Shown here piece by piece: positions 19,706 to 30,299 of a stretch of 64,000 nt of DNA. Source of the stretch: Rebecca billardiae RCC1528 (Eukaryota > Protista > Haptophyta); assembly GCA_965240325.2 (NCBI GenBank), contig OZ251223.1:1364001-1428000 (forward strand), written 5' to 3'. A program made the translations under genes and the position numbers. How positions within the stretch are numbered: the first letter of the stretch is position 1; the number at the start of each line of letters is the position of its first letter. The notes under the pieces are model-generated. The model made no database searches and was not told the origin of the DNA. It saw only the letters and a list, made by a program, of their open reading frames with translations.

Positions 19706-22700
19706 GGGTTGGCGCTGCGCGTCAACTTGGGCTGGAAACCTGTTTCTGAAACGCACGATGGCACGCCGGGCCGGTGGCCCGTGCTCGGAATTCCGACGCT
19801 CGGCCATGGGCGCCACAGGGGCGCCGCGGCGGGGCTGACGACGCGCGCGCGTGTGCACGTCTGGGCACGGAGTGCGCGCTGCAACGTCTGTCCCGTCTGC
19901 AGCACCACGCCCCGCGCTGTGAGTGAGAGTGTGGCCCGCGCCCAAGCGAAACGCCGGACGGGCGGCACTCCGCCGACCTTGCCGTCCGCCGACCAACCCG
20001 CGGCCGCCTGCTGCAGCTCGTGGAAGGCACGAAGTCGCGCGCTCGCGCGTGGATGGCGGCCCTGCGCGTATGCGCCCGCCGCGCGTGCCGCTTCATCCGC
20101 TGGCACCGCACGCGAGGGCGCTCGTCGCGCGCAGTCGGCAGCTCGAGCCCTCCGCCGCCCAACCGGGCCGGCGCCACGCCTCGCGCTCGTGCTCGAGCTG
20201 AGGCGGCGCGTGTCGCCCGAGCCGGCGGGTTCGCACGCGTGCGCGTGGTGGGCGGCCTCGCGCGTGAGCCCGCCGCGCGCCCCGCGTTGCTCGCTGGCGC
20301 CGCACGCGAGCCGTTCGTCGCGCGACCGACCGCAAGGACGAGGACCCTCGGGCTCGTCAGCGTGGTGGGCTCTCGCTCTCTGTCGGCTTCGGACCCGGGA
20401 CGCCGAGGCCGCGCGAGGTTGCTCCGACGCTCGTATGTCAAATGCAAGATGATACCCGCGTGCCACTATCAGCGCGCCCTTTCGCTCGTGAAATGTCTAG
20501 CGAGAAGGTGACGGTTCGTGCGAATGTGAAATGTGAACTCGCGACACGACGAATGCGCCGATGCGATTCGCGCGAATGTGAGCACGCAAAGCGCCGAACG
20601 ACGAGCGGTTTTTGACCGAACGACGAGCGGTTTTTGTCCTAGCGACGGCGTAAGTGGGTACCTCGATTCCGCATATGTGACCCCGCGACTGGACAGCCGT
20701 GACCATCGCAGCAACCCCCATGGCCCATTATGATATGATCATCGTCCTCGCGGCGCTATCGCTTGGGGCCGCAGTGCCCGTCTGGACATCTGACAAGACG
20801 CACTGCCCGCGCGCGGACGCGCCGCCCTTCGCCATTGTATTCGAATTAAGGGGCGTGCACTCGCACGTCATTCCTTCAGGCATCGCGTTCGCGCGCGAGC
20901 TCGGCGCGCACCATGTGTTCGTGATCCGCGGCGTCCCCCGCAACAGCTTGGGTGTCGGTGAGCTCGTGGAGTGGCTGGCGCTTCCCAACGTCACGCGCGT
21001 GACTGTTGATCCGGCCGATTTCGAGGGCTCGCTGAGGTGCTACCTCCGACACCAGCGTCTCGCCCTGCTCATCTGGCAGTCAGCCGATCGCCTAGCAGCC
21101 TCTTCGGCTGACGCTCTTCAAGACCGCTTCTACGCTCAGCTCGCGCGGTACAATCCTTCGCTCCCGCTCTTTGCTGGATGCCACAAGAAGGCTTCCGGCG
21201 CGCAGAAGTTGGGGGAAGCTGCGCGACTGTACGGGCTCAAGGCCGTCATCCCGTTCACGTACACTCCCGAGAACTATGCACGGATGAGCGCAAGCTGGGC
21301 GGATGATGATGGGACTCTCCGTCCAACGTTCGTCTGGCCTGCGTACTTCGGCGAGCGTGCCACCCGGACCGCGACGCGGCCTCGGCGCTGCCTCGCGAAT
21401 CAAACGGTGAGCTTCTACGTCCCCGCCATGATCAGTTACAAGAGACGCAACTGGGAAGCCCTGCGCGGGCTTGCCGACCTGGACACGAGCGGGGTGCGTG
21501 TCACAGTGGACGTGCTGAGCCACAGCCGCGGCGAGGACGGGAAGCGCTTCGAGGCAGTGCAGGCACACCTGAGCAACACCACCGGAGGGCGGGTGGTGCT
21601 ACGCGCGACGCCGATTGATTGGGTACCTGCGCTCGAGGCCATGCTGCGCTCGAGCTACATCCTCCCCCTGATTGACGAGAGCGTGCCAGCCCAGGCCCAC
21701 TACAGCAACGGCAGCAGGCTGCCCTCCGCACTCATGCTTGCGACTGGGCTGGGCACGCCGCTTGTGCTCTGGGACCAGCTGGCGAAGGCTTTCGAGCTTG
21801 GAGGCCAGCTTCTGACGTCCCAGCTGACGTACAGCGACTCTGCCGGGTTCGTCGGCGCCATGCAGCGCGCCGTCGACATCTGCCGCGGGCGCACGCTCGA
21901 GCAGCAGCGCCTCTACGAGCACCTCCGCGCAGCCGTGCGCTCGAGCGTGTACGCCGAGGACGGGCAGCTAGCCTCGTTCAGCCGCGCGCGCAAGCTCGCA
22001 TGTGCCGGCGCGAACACGGGGGTGATGAATCGGATGGGTGAGAAGCTTGGCCGCACGCAGTGCATGTGCTGCGATGTGCCCGTGCGGCGTGCGAGCTCCA
22101 GGGCCGGGCCGGTAACGTGATCCGTCACGGATCTGTCGCCGTGATCAGTACTAGGCGCAGCCACTGAGCCAGCCGTGGCCCGAGCACAGCCAGTGAGACG
22201 TGGCAGTCGTCCACGGGCCGATGACCGTCGGATCGAAGCCAGTGAGCACGACTCGGCCTCGGGCGGTCATAGACATAGTATCGGATATCCCACTGCGATC
22301 CTATATCCCATAGGATTCAATCCTATGGCATAGGATGGCCCCAGGGACGATCGACTCAGCAGACGACATTTTCTCATGTTGCCGAATGGTACGACTGCAC
22401 CTAGCCGTCGTAGGGGTCGCTCGGTAGCAGTGTCGCCACCATCCGCCAGAGCGAGCTTGTTGTGATTTTCGACCACCACCGCATGTTTTGGGCTCCACGG
22501 ATGGAGCGCGTGAAGCCTACAGTTTACTAAGAATAAGAGACGCACACAGCTCAGGCAGGCGAGATTGACGCCCGTGGAACGCCGAGAGGGATAGGGGGGG
22601 CCATTACAGGGGGGTCCAGATGGTGGGCCCCACTTCATGGCGGTGGCTGGCCAGGTAGTGCGGCACGTCCGTGCCTCTGGACGGGCATTGAGCGGTGGCG

Positions 22701-23953
22701 AGGTCGCCAAATGGCGTGGCGTGGTCTCAGACAAGGTTGTTACTAGTCCTGATCAGCTTGCTAGCCATGCCGGTCGTTGATTACCCTGCCGTTGACAGGC
22801 GCGCACACGCCAAATGTATTCGCCACGGCAACCGTGTCGGACGGCGGTCGCACGACTACCGCGCAGCCAACATTGCTCCTCAGATCCACGGCTTGTAGGG
22901 TCAGATGGACCATCGCCAGGCATGCATCGTCGCAAAGCATGCCCCAAAGGGCAGTATGACCGTCAGAACGGTGATCCTGGCCGCTACCTGCCCATCCTTC
23001 TTATGCGCAACCTCACCGGCGCGCCGGTCGTGCGGGGTCGTGGACGTGGACGTGAGAGTGGTCGAAAAGTCGGAAGGGAAGCTGTCACTCACGCACACGC
23101 GCTCGTACGGCGACGCCGACCGGCGTGTGGCATGCCCCCCGGTCCCGGACGTGCCACACGCGCCTTGGATCGCGTTGGGACGGGCATTCACGCCCGCCAT
23201 GGCTTCCCTTCCGAAGTGGGAAACTTGACTTCATCTGGCCCCCCCTGTGCATACCGTTCGGAGCGTGTGGCAGGATCCCGGGAACGCCCTTGAGAGCCCA
23301 CGAGCCGAGGGTCGCCCTCGTCCTTGCGGTCGGTCGCGCGACGAACGGCTCGCGTGCGGCGCCAGCGAGCAACGCGGGGCGCGCGGCGGGCTCACGCGCG
23401 AGGCCGCCCACCACGCGCACGCGTGCGAACCCGCCGGCTCGGGCGACACGCGCCGCCTCAGCTCGAGCACGAGCGCGAGGCGTGGCGCCGGCCCGGTCGG
23501 GCGGCGGAGGGCTCGAGCTGCCGACTGCGCGCGACGAGCGCCCTCGCGTGCGGTGCCAGCGGATGAAGCGGCACGCGCGGCGGGCGCATACGCGCAGGGC
23601 CGCCATCCACGCGCGAGCGCGCGACTGCGTGCCTTCCACGAGCTGCAGCAGGCGGCCGCGGGTTGGTCGGCGGACGGCAAGGTCGGCGGAGTGCCGCCCG
23701 TCCGGCGTTTCGCTTGGGCGCGGGCCACACTCTCACTCACAGCGCGGGGCGTGGTGCTGCAGACGGGACAGTCATTGCAGCGCGCACTCCGTGCCCAGAC
23801 GTGCACACGCGCGCGCGTCGTCAGCCCCGCCGCGGCGCCCCTGTGGCGCCCATGGCCGAGCGTCGGAATTCCGAGCTCGGGCCACCGGCCCGGCGTGCCA
23901 TCGTGCGTTTCAGAAACAGGTTTCCAGCCCAAGTTGACGCGCAGCGCCAACCC
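19706..23953. mobile_element. Foldback/Pack-type DNA element with about 650-bp TIRs (19706-20357 / 23300-23953) carrying an intact gene
   Basis: Near-perfect long inverted repeat gggttggcgctgcgc...gcgcagcgccaaccc. Both ends are flanked by ATAT/TATA. No transposase seen. Confidence 0.8.
20720..22120 (+). CDS. Putative glycosyltransferase-like (GT-B-like) secretory protein inside the TIR element
   Basis: Intronless ORF of about 466 aa with signal-like N-terminus (MIIVLAALSLGAAV). C-terminal motifs FYVPAMISYKRRNW, YILPLID..Y...RLPSALMLATGLGTPLVL resemble a GT-B nucleotide-sugar binding domain. Confidence 0.6.
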   Translation: MAHYDMIIVLAALSLGAAVPVWTSDKTHCPRADAPPFAIVFELRGVHSHVIPSGIAFARELGAHHVFVIRGVPRNSLGVGELVEWLALPNVTRVTVDPADFEGSLRCYLRHQRLALLIWQSADRLAASSADALQDRFYAQLARYNPSLPLFAGCHKKASGAQKLGEAARLYGLKAVIPFTYTPENYARMSASWADDDGTLRPTFVWPAYFGERATRTATRPRRCLANQTVSFYVPAMISYKRRNWEALRGLADLDTSGVRVTVDVLSHSRGEDGKRFEAVQAHLSNTTGGRVVLRATPIDWVPALEAMLRSSYILPLIDESVPAQAHYSNGSRLPSALMLATGLGTPLVLWDQLAKAFELGGQLLTSQLTYSDSAGFVGAMQRAVDICRGRTLEQQRLYEHLRAAVRSSVYAEDGQLASFSRARKLACAGANTGVMNRMGEKLGRTQCMCCDVPVRRASSRAGPVT

Positions 23954-25647
23954 ATATATACCAGCTTGCAAGCCCAAAATGGCGCAAAATGGCGAGATGC
24001 GCGCTCTCTTCCCCGCTGCGCTGACCAATGCGATCTGGGTGGCCATGGCGGCCGCCACGGCGTCGAACACCACGGAGAGCTTCACGGCTGATGTGAGCGT
24101 ACACGTACATCTGTCGTAGCGCACGCGTTCAGCAGGCTGCGCTGACCAGACAGACCGCACCGCGCGCGCGCGTCTCGTGCTCGCGCACAAGCCTCCGGCA
24201 CGACTGCTGCCGATTGTTCTTTGGTCGTCGCACCGGGGGGCGAGAAAGCACGGCGTGAGTCGCCGTGCGTCCACACTTGCTCGCGCGCGGTTGGCGGTGC
24301 GTCTCCCCGCGGACGCATGCGTAGGCAGTAACTGTCCGTGAGCTGCACTGGTCGCCTGGCCTGAGAGCCAGTACGTGCACTGCGGCTTCGCCTACTAGCG
24401 GCCGGACAGTGGGTCATCATCTGCCCCAGGCAGCCGATGAATTGGAATATGGGCCAGCCTCCGACGACGACCCCAGGTAGCGCTAGTAAGCACACGCACA
24501 TGCTGTCCCTAACCGACCTGGCACTGCGTCCGCTGAGACGATCTCTCAAGAAAGCTCCCATCAACAGCTGGGTGGGATCAGCCGGGCCGACGGATTCACT
24601 CGTGTGCCTCAAGGCTCAAGGAGCTGTCGTCGATTGCCCTCAGGACGGTATATACACACGAACGTTGCGCGCGGCTGGGCGAGCCGCCAGCTCCACCGCA
24701 AGTGGCCACGCAACCGATGTGATCAGGTCCCTGACCTGCGGTGAGATCCCTCCTTGCCACACCACCTTGCGTGGCCACGACGGCTGGATCGGCGGCGGCT
24801 CGTCCGAGCACCGCCTCGCACCCAGGGCAGCCGCTCGTCAGGCGCTGCGCGGTGGTGTGCCAGCACGGGGCCAGGTGACATTGATTAGCCGCCATTCGCC
24901 TGCGTGGAGGAGGCGCAGCCTCCGAGCCTGCGCGACGACACGATCGCGAAGAGAAGGAAGGACAAGCTGTATGCGTATGCGCAGTGTGCACACGTTCACA
25001 CGCACACACGCGCACGCACAATGGCCAGCAGCACGCCACGCACGACACGCAGTCCATCACAGGCTCAGACGCGCCCATGCTATAGTGCGCCTCGTGCATA
25101 CTGGTGGATGCCCCACGCTCAGGTTCTTTGCCACCCTGTACCGTACAACATGTGTTTCATGGTTTAGGTGAAGCTGGCTCTGATCCGTTGTTACTCGACG
25201 TTGACACCTCTGCCGAGCAGGACAAGCTGCGTGAGTTCAGCAATCTGGACGAGCTCCTACAAGGGCGCACGGCTCTCGCATCCTACAAAGTCATTCTTCT
25301 CGTTGTCGCTCGTGAATCCACGACTGAATGGCGAGGAGTGGCCACGCCGAGAAGAGACAGGCTCTGTCAGCTCGATCACGGCGCGGATAGGAGTTCACGG
25401 GCTCGTCGGACTCGAGTGGCCAGCCCGCACCGTTCGAATCGCAGATATCGTGCCATCCACGACGGCTTCTACCAGCGGCCGAACCACGGCATCCTACATT
25501 GGCGGCTCGGCGCTCGTCAAGGGCAGCAGTCCATCTGACACGGGATCTCGCGCCCACGGCTCCCGCCATTTCTCGTCCCGCCGGCCAACGGGCTCGCTCG
25601 CTGGTTGCTCAGTTTCCGGTGCTGATCCACGCGAATGTATCGGGCAC

Positions 25648-25793
25648 TTTAAAATTCCCCTTTATAACGGGCTCCGGGTGATCAGACTGGCGGCCGAAGC
25701 CTCCAGCCCTACCCTGGCCAGCCCCCAACCAACCACCACCCTCACCCAACCTCAAACCACTGACCGATACACCAAGTGCCTTGACACCACTCC
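25648..25793 (-). repeat. Family C repeat, copy 4
   Basis: Reverse complement of copies 1-3. Longest clean copy. Confidence 0.85.
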
Positions 25794-26096
25794 GCTGTGG
25801 ACAGCCCGCCTCCAGAGGGGGCGGGGGTATGCCATTGCCGACAGCATACAAGCCCAACACTGTGGGGTGGTCCCAGGTACCAGCAGTGCACTGCCTTGCA
25901 ATTCGAGATCATCGAGTTTGAGCCGAGTCGGCAGACTGGGCTGCCGACGACGAATCAGGAGACCTGCGCCGTGTGTCGTTAATCATAGATTACTGTACGT
26001 TACTAACGTAGTACAGTTTACTAAGAATATGTATTATAAGAGACGCACACAGCTCAGGCAGGCGAGATGCGAGATCCGCAGCTACGATGCGGCACC

Positions 26097-28737
26097 GGGG
26101 AACTTACAGTCAGACGCTCTGAATCGGCCCCCTCGCTCAGAGCGCTCTGAGCGAGGGGCCGATTCAGAGGGTTTTCCGCCCGCCCCACTGGCGAGCGCGG
26201 TCGGGACGCACATCGCACTGGGGCGGTGCTCAGCACTGCACTCACGGCGCGCCGCGATGTGTTCGGGCGGTGGACGGGGCTGAATCGGCCGAGAGTGACG
26301 GTGCGATGGGCCGTGGTGACTCTGCCATCACCCAGTGATCTCGTGCGGTGCCAGCTCGCCCTTCGCTTCGTCGCCACTCGCACTCGCACCAGTCGCGTGC
26401 GCCCATGGCTTGCCTTTCGCGCGCTGTGTTCCCGCGCAGTGTGTGCTTGGTAGCAGGGTGCTGGTGGCCGGTGGTTGCCGGCGCGGAGGAACGAAATGTT
26501 TGCAGCTACGCCACATCCCAGACGCCATGTGCCCGTCCTCGTCGAGCGATGGACAGACACGCGTGTCGCGCATGCGCTCGCGGAAGCAGGCTGCACGGCG
26601 GCGCGCGGGCCTGGCTGCACGCGCAGGACAAGCTGCACCACACAGCTGCCCCCGCCATGAGCCCCAGCTGCGTACGCACACCTCTTCCGTGTTGTCTGAT
26701 CCGCCAGGCCGACACGGTGCGGAGACTGCGTGCGTGAGACACCAACAGTCAGCGGCCACAGCGCACACGGTTGCGTGCGGCAGCAATCTGGCTTACAGCT
26801 TTCTCTCGGAAGCGATGGCCACGTCGACCGGCTGGCAACGTCGGTGCGCTAAGCGATGGCGCGACATCGCTGCTACCTGCCGTTGGGGACCCCTCGCGCA
26901 AGAAAGCCCTCGTTCCTCGTCGGAAGGGCGGGCGCGACCGCGCCACGCCTCCCTCGCGCTGCTCGCATTGCTCACGGCCACGCTTGCGCTCACGCTCGCG
27001 ACATCGGCCGCGCCACCGCCCGTGGTAGTGAGCTCGGTCACCACCGCCGTGGTGCTTTCGGGTGCTTTACGTTTGCCCTGGCCTACCGTGCGCCGGCAGC
27101 CGCCAGGCGAGTGCATTTGCCTCCGGCCGGCAGGGCGGCCGTTCTCACTCTGCGAGTGCGCGCGCTGGGGCGAACTGCTTCGGCATGCCCGGCATCCTGA
27201 TTCAGACGGCAAGTGCATCTGCATCCGCCCGACACGCCGCCCACTGAGCGCCAGGCGCCGCACCGATGGTGCTATTGTTGCAGCTGAGCGGACCTGGTGC
27301 CGAGCGTCTGACGCTGTGCATGTTGCGAAACCCACCGCCATTGCCGCACCCGTCCGCATGCGCATGGGTCAGCGCTGCTTGAGGTGCTGCCGTCAGGCGC
27401 GCGCGGCGAGCGGCCTCCACCATCGGCACCGCCGCCGAAGTGCCAGACGCGGAAGGGGCTGTCTCGCCCACGTACAGCGCTAAGCTGCGCGCCGGGCGGG
27501 ACACGCCCACCACGCCCGGCGGGTACGAAGTCCTCCTAAGGCTCCGAGCGCCGACGCTGTACGCGGTGACGAGTTGAGCCCTGCTGCACAGCTTCTGCAA
27601 ACGCCAAGTCTCGGACTCTGCGCAAGCTGGATTTTTATTTTAAAATTAAAATCCCTGCAAGGCGGAATGTAAAAAGAGGCTGCCTAAAATCCCAATCCAC
27701 AAGTCATCTCCCCTCATAACGCTGGTACGGCTGCGTTGAAGCTGCCAACGCGAGCCACAACAGTTGCTGTCCCAGCCGCAGCATCTGCAGCAGCTGCTTG
27801 GAGCAGGACTCCCGCGACAGCGACCCCCCGAAGCACCTTCCCGCGCGGCTGCTCGGACGACGGTGTCCTCAGATTGCCGCCGCTCAGCCGATCGTCGAGC
27901 CACAGCTGCCGGAGGTGCAAGGGCTGCGAGTGCTGTTGGCGATATGTCAGCAAGTGCGGGTGTGCCAGCGGCAGCGATGGGGCGACTGCCACCGGCGCTG
28001 TTGCTGTTTCATCAATCGAAGCAACGGCTGCATCAGCTGCTGCGCGCCGCCGCATGTGCCAGTGACCTGTGTGCGCCGTGGCCGCTGACTGTCGGTGTCT
28101 CACGCAGTCTCCGCGCGGTGTCGGCCTGGCGGATCAGACAACACGGAAGAGGTGTGCGTACGCAGCTGGGGCTCATGGCGGGGGCAGCTGTGTGGTGCAG
28201 CTTGTCCTGCGCGTGCAGCCAGGCCCGCGCGCCGCCGTGCAGCCTGCTTCCGCGAGCGCATGCGCGACACGCGTGTCTGTCCATCGCTCGACGAGGACGG
28301 GCACATGGCGTCTGGGATGTAGCGTAGCTGCAAACATTTCGTTCCTCCGCGCCGGCAACCACCGGCCACCAGCACCCTGCTACCAAGCACACACTGCGCG
28401 GGAACACAGCGCGCGAAAGGCAAGCCATGGGCGCACGCGACTGGTGCGAGTGCGAGTGGCGACGAAGCGAAGGGCGAGCTGGCACCGCACGAGATCACTG
28501 GGTGATGGCAGAGTCACCACGGCCCATCGCACCGTCACTCTCGGCCGATTCAGCCCCGTCCACCGCCCGAACACATCGCGGCGCGCCGTGAGTGCAGTGC
28601 TGAGCACCGCCCCAGTGCGATGTGCGTCCCGCACCGCGCTCGCCAGTGGGGCGGGCGGAAAACCCTCTGAATCGGCCCCTCGCTCAGAGCGCTCTGAGCG
28701 AGGGGGCCGATTCAGAGCGTCTGACTGTAAGTTCCCC
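26097..28737. mobile_element. Mutator-like/foldback non-autonomous element with about 670-bp TIRs and an 11-bp target-site duplication
   Basis: TIRs 26097-26770 / 28067-28737 begin GGGGAACTTACAG. The direct repeat gatgcggcacc flanks both ends (26086-26096 and 28738-28748). It would read as a 9-bp TSD if the ends are CGGGG/CCCCG. Confidence 0.88.
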
Positions 28738-28738
28738 G

Positions 28739-29998
28739 ATGCGGCACCCATCACCGAGCCGCGCCCATCCTCCCGCGCGCATCCCTCGAGATGCCGGAGA
28801 TGGCGCGGGGGCGCGGCGGAGCGTGCCACATCGCCGTGTGCAGGGCATCGCCGCCGCCATGATGCTCGTCTGCGCTGCACCCCGACCAACAGCTGCGGCA
28901 CCTCACGACGGCTGCAACGTGTCGGCGACGACGTGGCGTGAGGTGCGGCTCGATATTTCCGTCGTCGGACTGCCCAAAGCCGGTACGACCAACCTTCGGA
29001 ATACGCTGGCGAGGCACCCGGCGATAGCATGCCCGGGCATGGTGCTGCATAAGAGGCCAGACTGCCCGGAGGACCGAAACCACCTCGAAATGGAAGGCCC
29101 CCCGCCACAAGGAATCGTGCGCCGGCTGTGCGCGACGGCCGAGGCCTCTGACTCTGGCGACGGGACGAAGCGCGTGATGATCGGGGACCCCCAGTATCTG
29201 ACCAGAGGCCAGTGGGCAGTCAAGCCGTACGGCAACCTTGCGCAGATCCCTTCTGCCCGCGCCGTCGTGTGCATACGCGAGCCGATCGCGTGGCTGCAGT
29301 CGGCCCGCAATCACGTGGTCCGCACGACCCTCAAGCACATAGAAGCGTCTCGGAGGAGGGGCGTCGTGCGGGGGGGACGGCGGCCGCCCGTGGGCTGTCC
29401 GGCGAATCACACGCCCTCGAACCCGCCCGCGCTCGCCGACTTCGCGCTCGGCTGCAGGTGGTCCTGGCTGAACCGTGAGAACTACAACACGCTGCCCCGC
29501 GCACTGGAGCACGTGATGCAAAACGAGAACGTGGGTGCGGCGGAGGCACTCCAACGCGTGATTGTGGTCAGTCTGGAGGCAGTCAAGGGCGACCCGATGG
29601 GCGCGTTTCTGAGGCTGACGAGATGGCTCGGCCTCGAGGACGCGCCCCACGTCATGGAGCATCCAGATCTCATCCCGCACAACCTGCAACCCTGCGGCGA
29701 CTGGTTGCAGTCTTGGTGCGCGGACGTGAGTGCGGATGTGCGCGCTGCTGTGCACGGGTACTTTGAGCACGCGTACAGTGCAGCGTTGGGCTTCATCAAC
29801 AGCCGCCTGCCGCACAGCATTCTGACTACGAGCCAGATGGTCGGCAAGGCGGACGTGTTGATTTGCGGTGCCACCGCCAGCAGTGGTGATGATGATGAGC
29901 GGCTCGTCGGCAATCATACTCAGCATCACCAGCAGCAGCATCATATTCACTGCGACTCGACCCTGCCCGACCCGCTGATGGCAAAATACGGACACTAG
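28739..29998 (+). CDS. Sulfotransferase family protein (probably type II membrane/secretory)
   Basis: VVGLPKAGTTNLRNTLARHPAI (5'-PSB loop) and IREPIAWLQS (3'-PB). ATG at 28739, alternative at 28859. Confidence 0.85.
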   Translation: MRHPSPSRAHPPARIPRDAGDGAGARRSVPHRRVQGIAAAMMLVCAAPRPTAAAPHDGCNVSATTWREVRLDISVVGLPKAGTTNLRNTLARHPAIACPGMVLHKRPDCPEDRNHLEMEGPPPQGIVRRLCATAEASDSGDGTKRVMIGDPQYLTRGQWAVKPYGNLAQIPSARAVVCIREPIAWLQSARNHVVRTTLKHIEASRRRGVVRGGRRPPVGCPANHTPSNPPALADFALGCRWSWLNRENYNTLPRALEHVMQNENVGAAEALQRVIVVSLEAVKGDPMGAFLRLTRWLGLEDAPHVMEHPDLIPHNLQPCGDWLQSWCADVSADVRAAVHGYFEHAYSAALGFINSRLPHSILTTSQMVGKADVLICGATASSGDDDERLVGNHTQHHQQQHHIHCDSTLPDPLMAKYGH

Positions 29999-30256
29999 AC
30001 GCACGAATGCTCCTGGAACTATCCCCTTACCGCACGCAGTCTGCTCCTATACGAAGCAGATAGTTGGGTTGGCGGCCGGCGGCGGCCGGGGGCGCTGCGG
30101 GCGCGCACGGTTAGTCAGGTACGGCCCGGCGCTGCCGACGGCCGTACCTGACGGCGCTGCCGGCGGAGGTGACATTATTGTGATGACCGAATGCTGATCG
30201 ATGATTTTGGCTGATGACTAGTACACAGACTAGTAAGACAGCCTGAGAGTCACGAC

Positions 30257-30260
<4 letters not shown>

Positions 30261-30297
<37 letters not shown>
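30261..30297. repeat. (TA)n microsatellite abutting the family B element end
   Basis: Pure TA run. Confidence 0.95.

Positions 30298-30299
<2 letters not shown>

Noticed and set aside
19564-24274. Long ORFs inside the 650-bp TIRs (e.g. 19564-20466, 23231-24274)
   Set aside because: Arg/Ala-rich GC-driven open frames, mirrored on both arms, with no transposase motifs.
24437-25540. Possible gene between the two TIR elements
   Set aside because: Only short coding-like patches (e.g. DKLREFSNLDELLQG). No consistent frame or splice model, so at most a decayed fragment.
26335-28498. 382-aa ORF as the MULE transposase
   Set aside because: It starts within the TIR, has no DDE or zinc-finger motifs and is low complexity.
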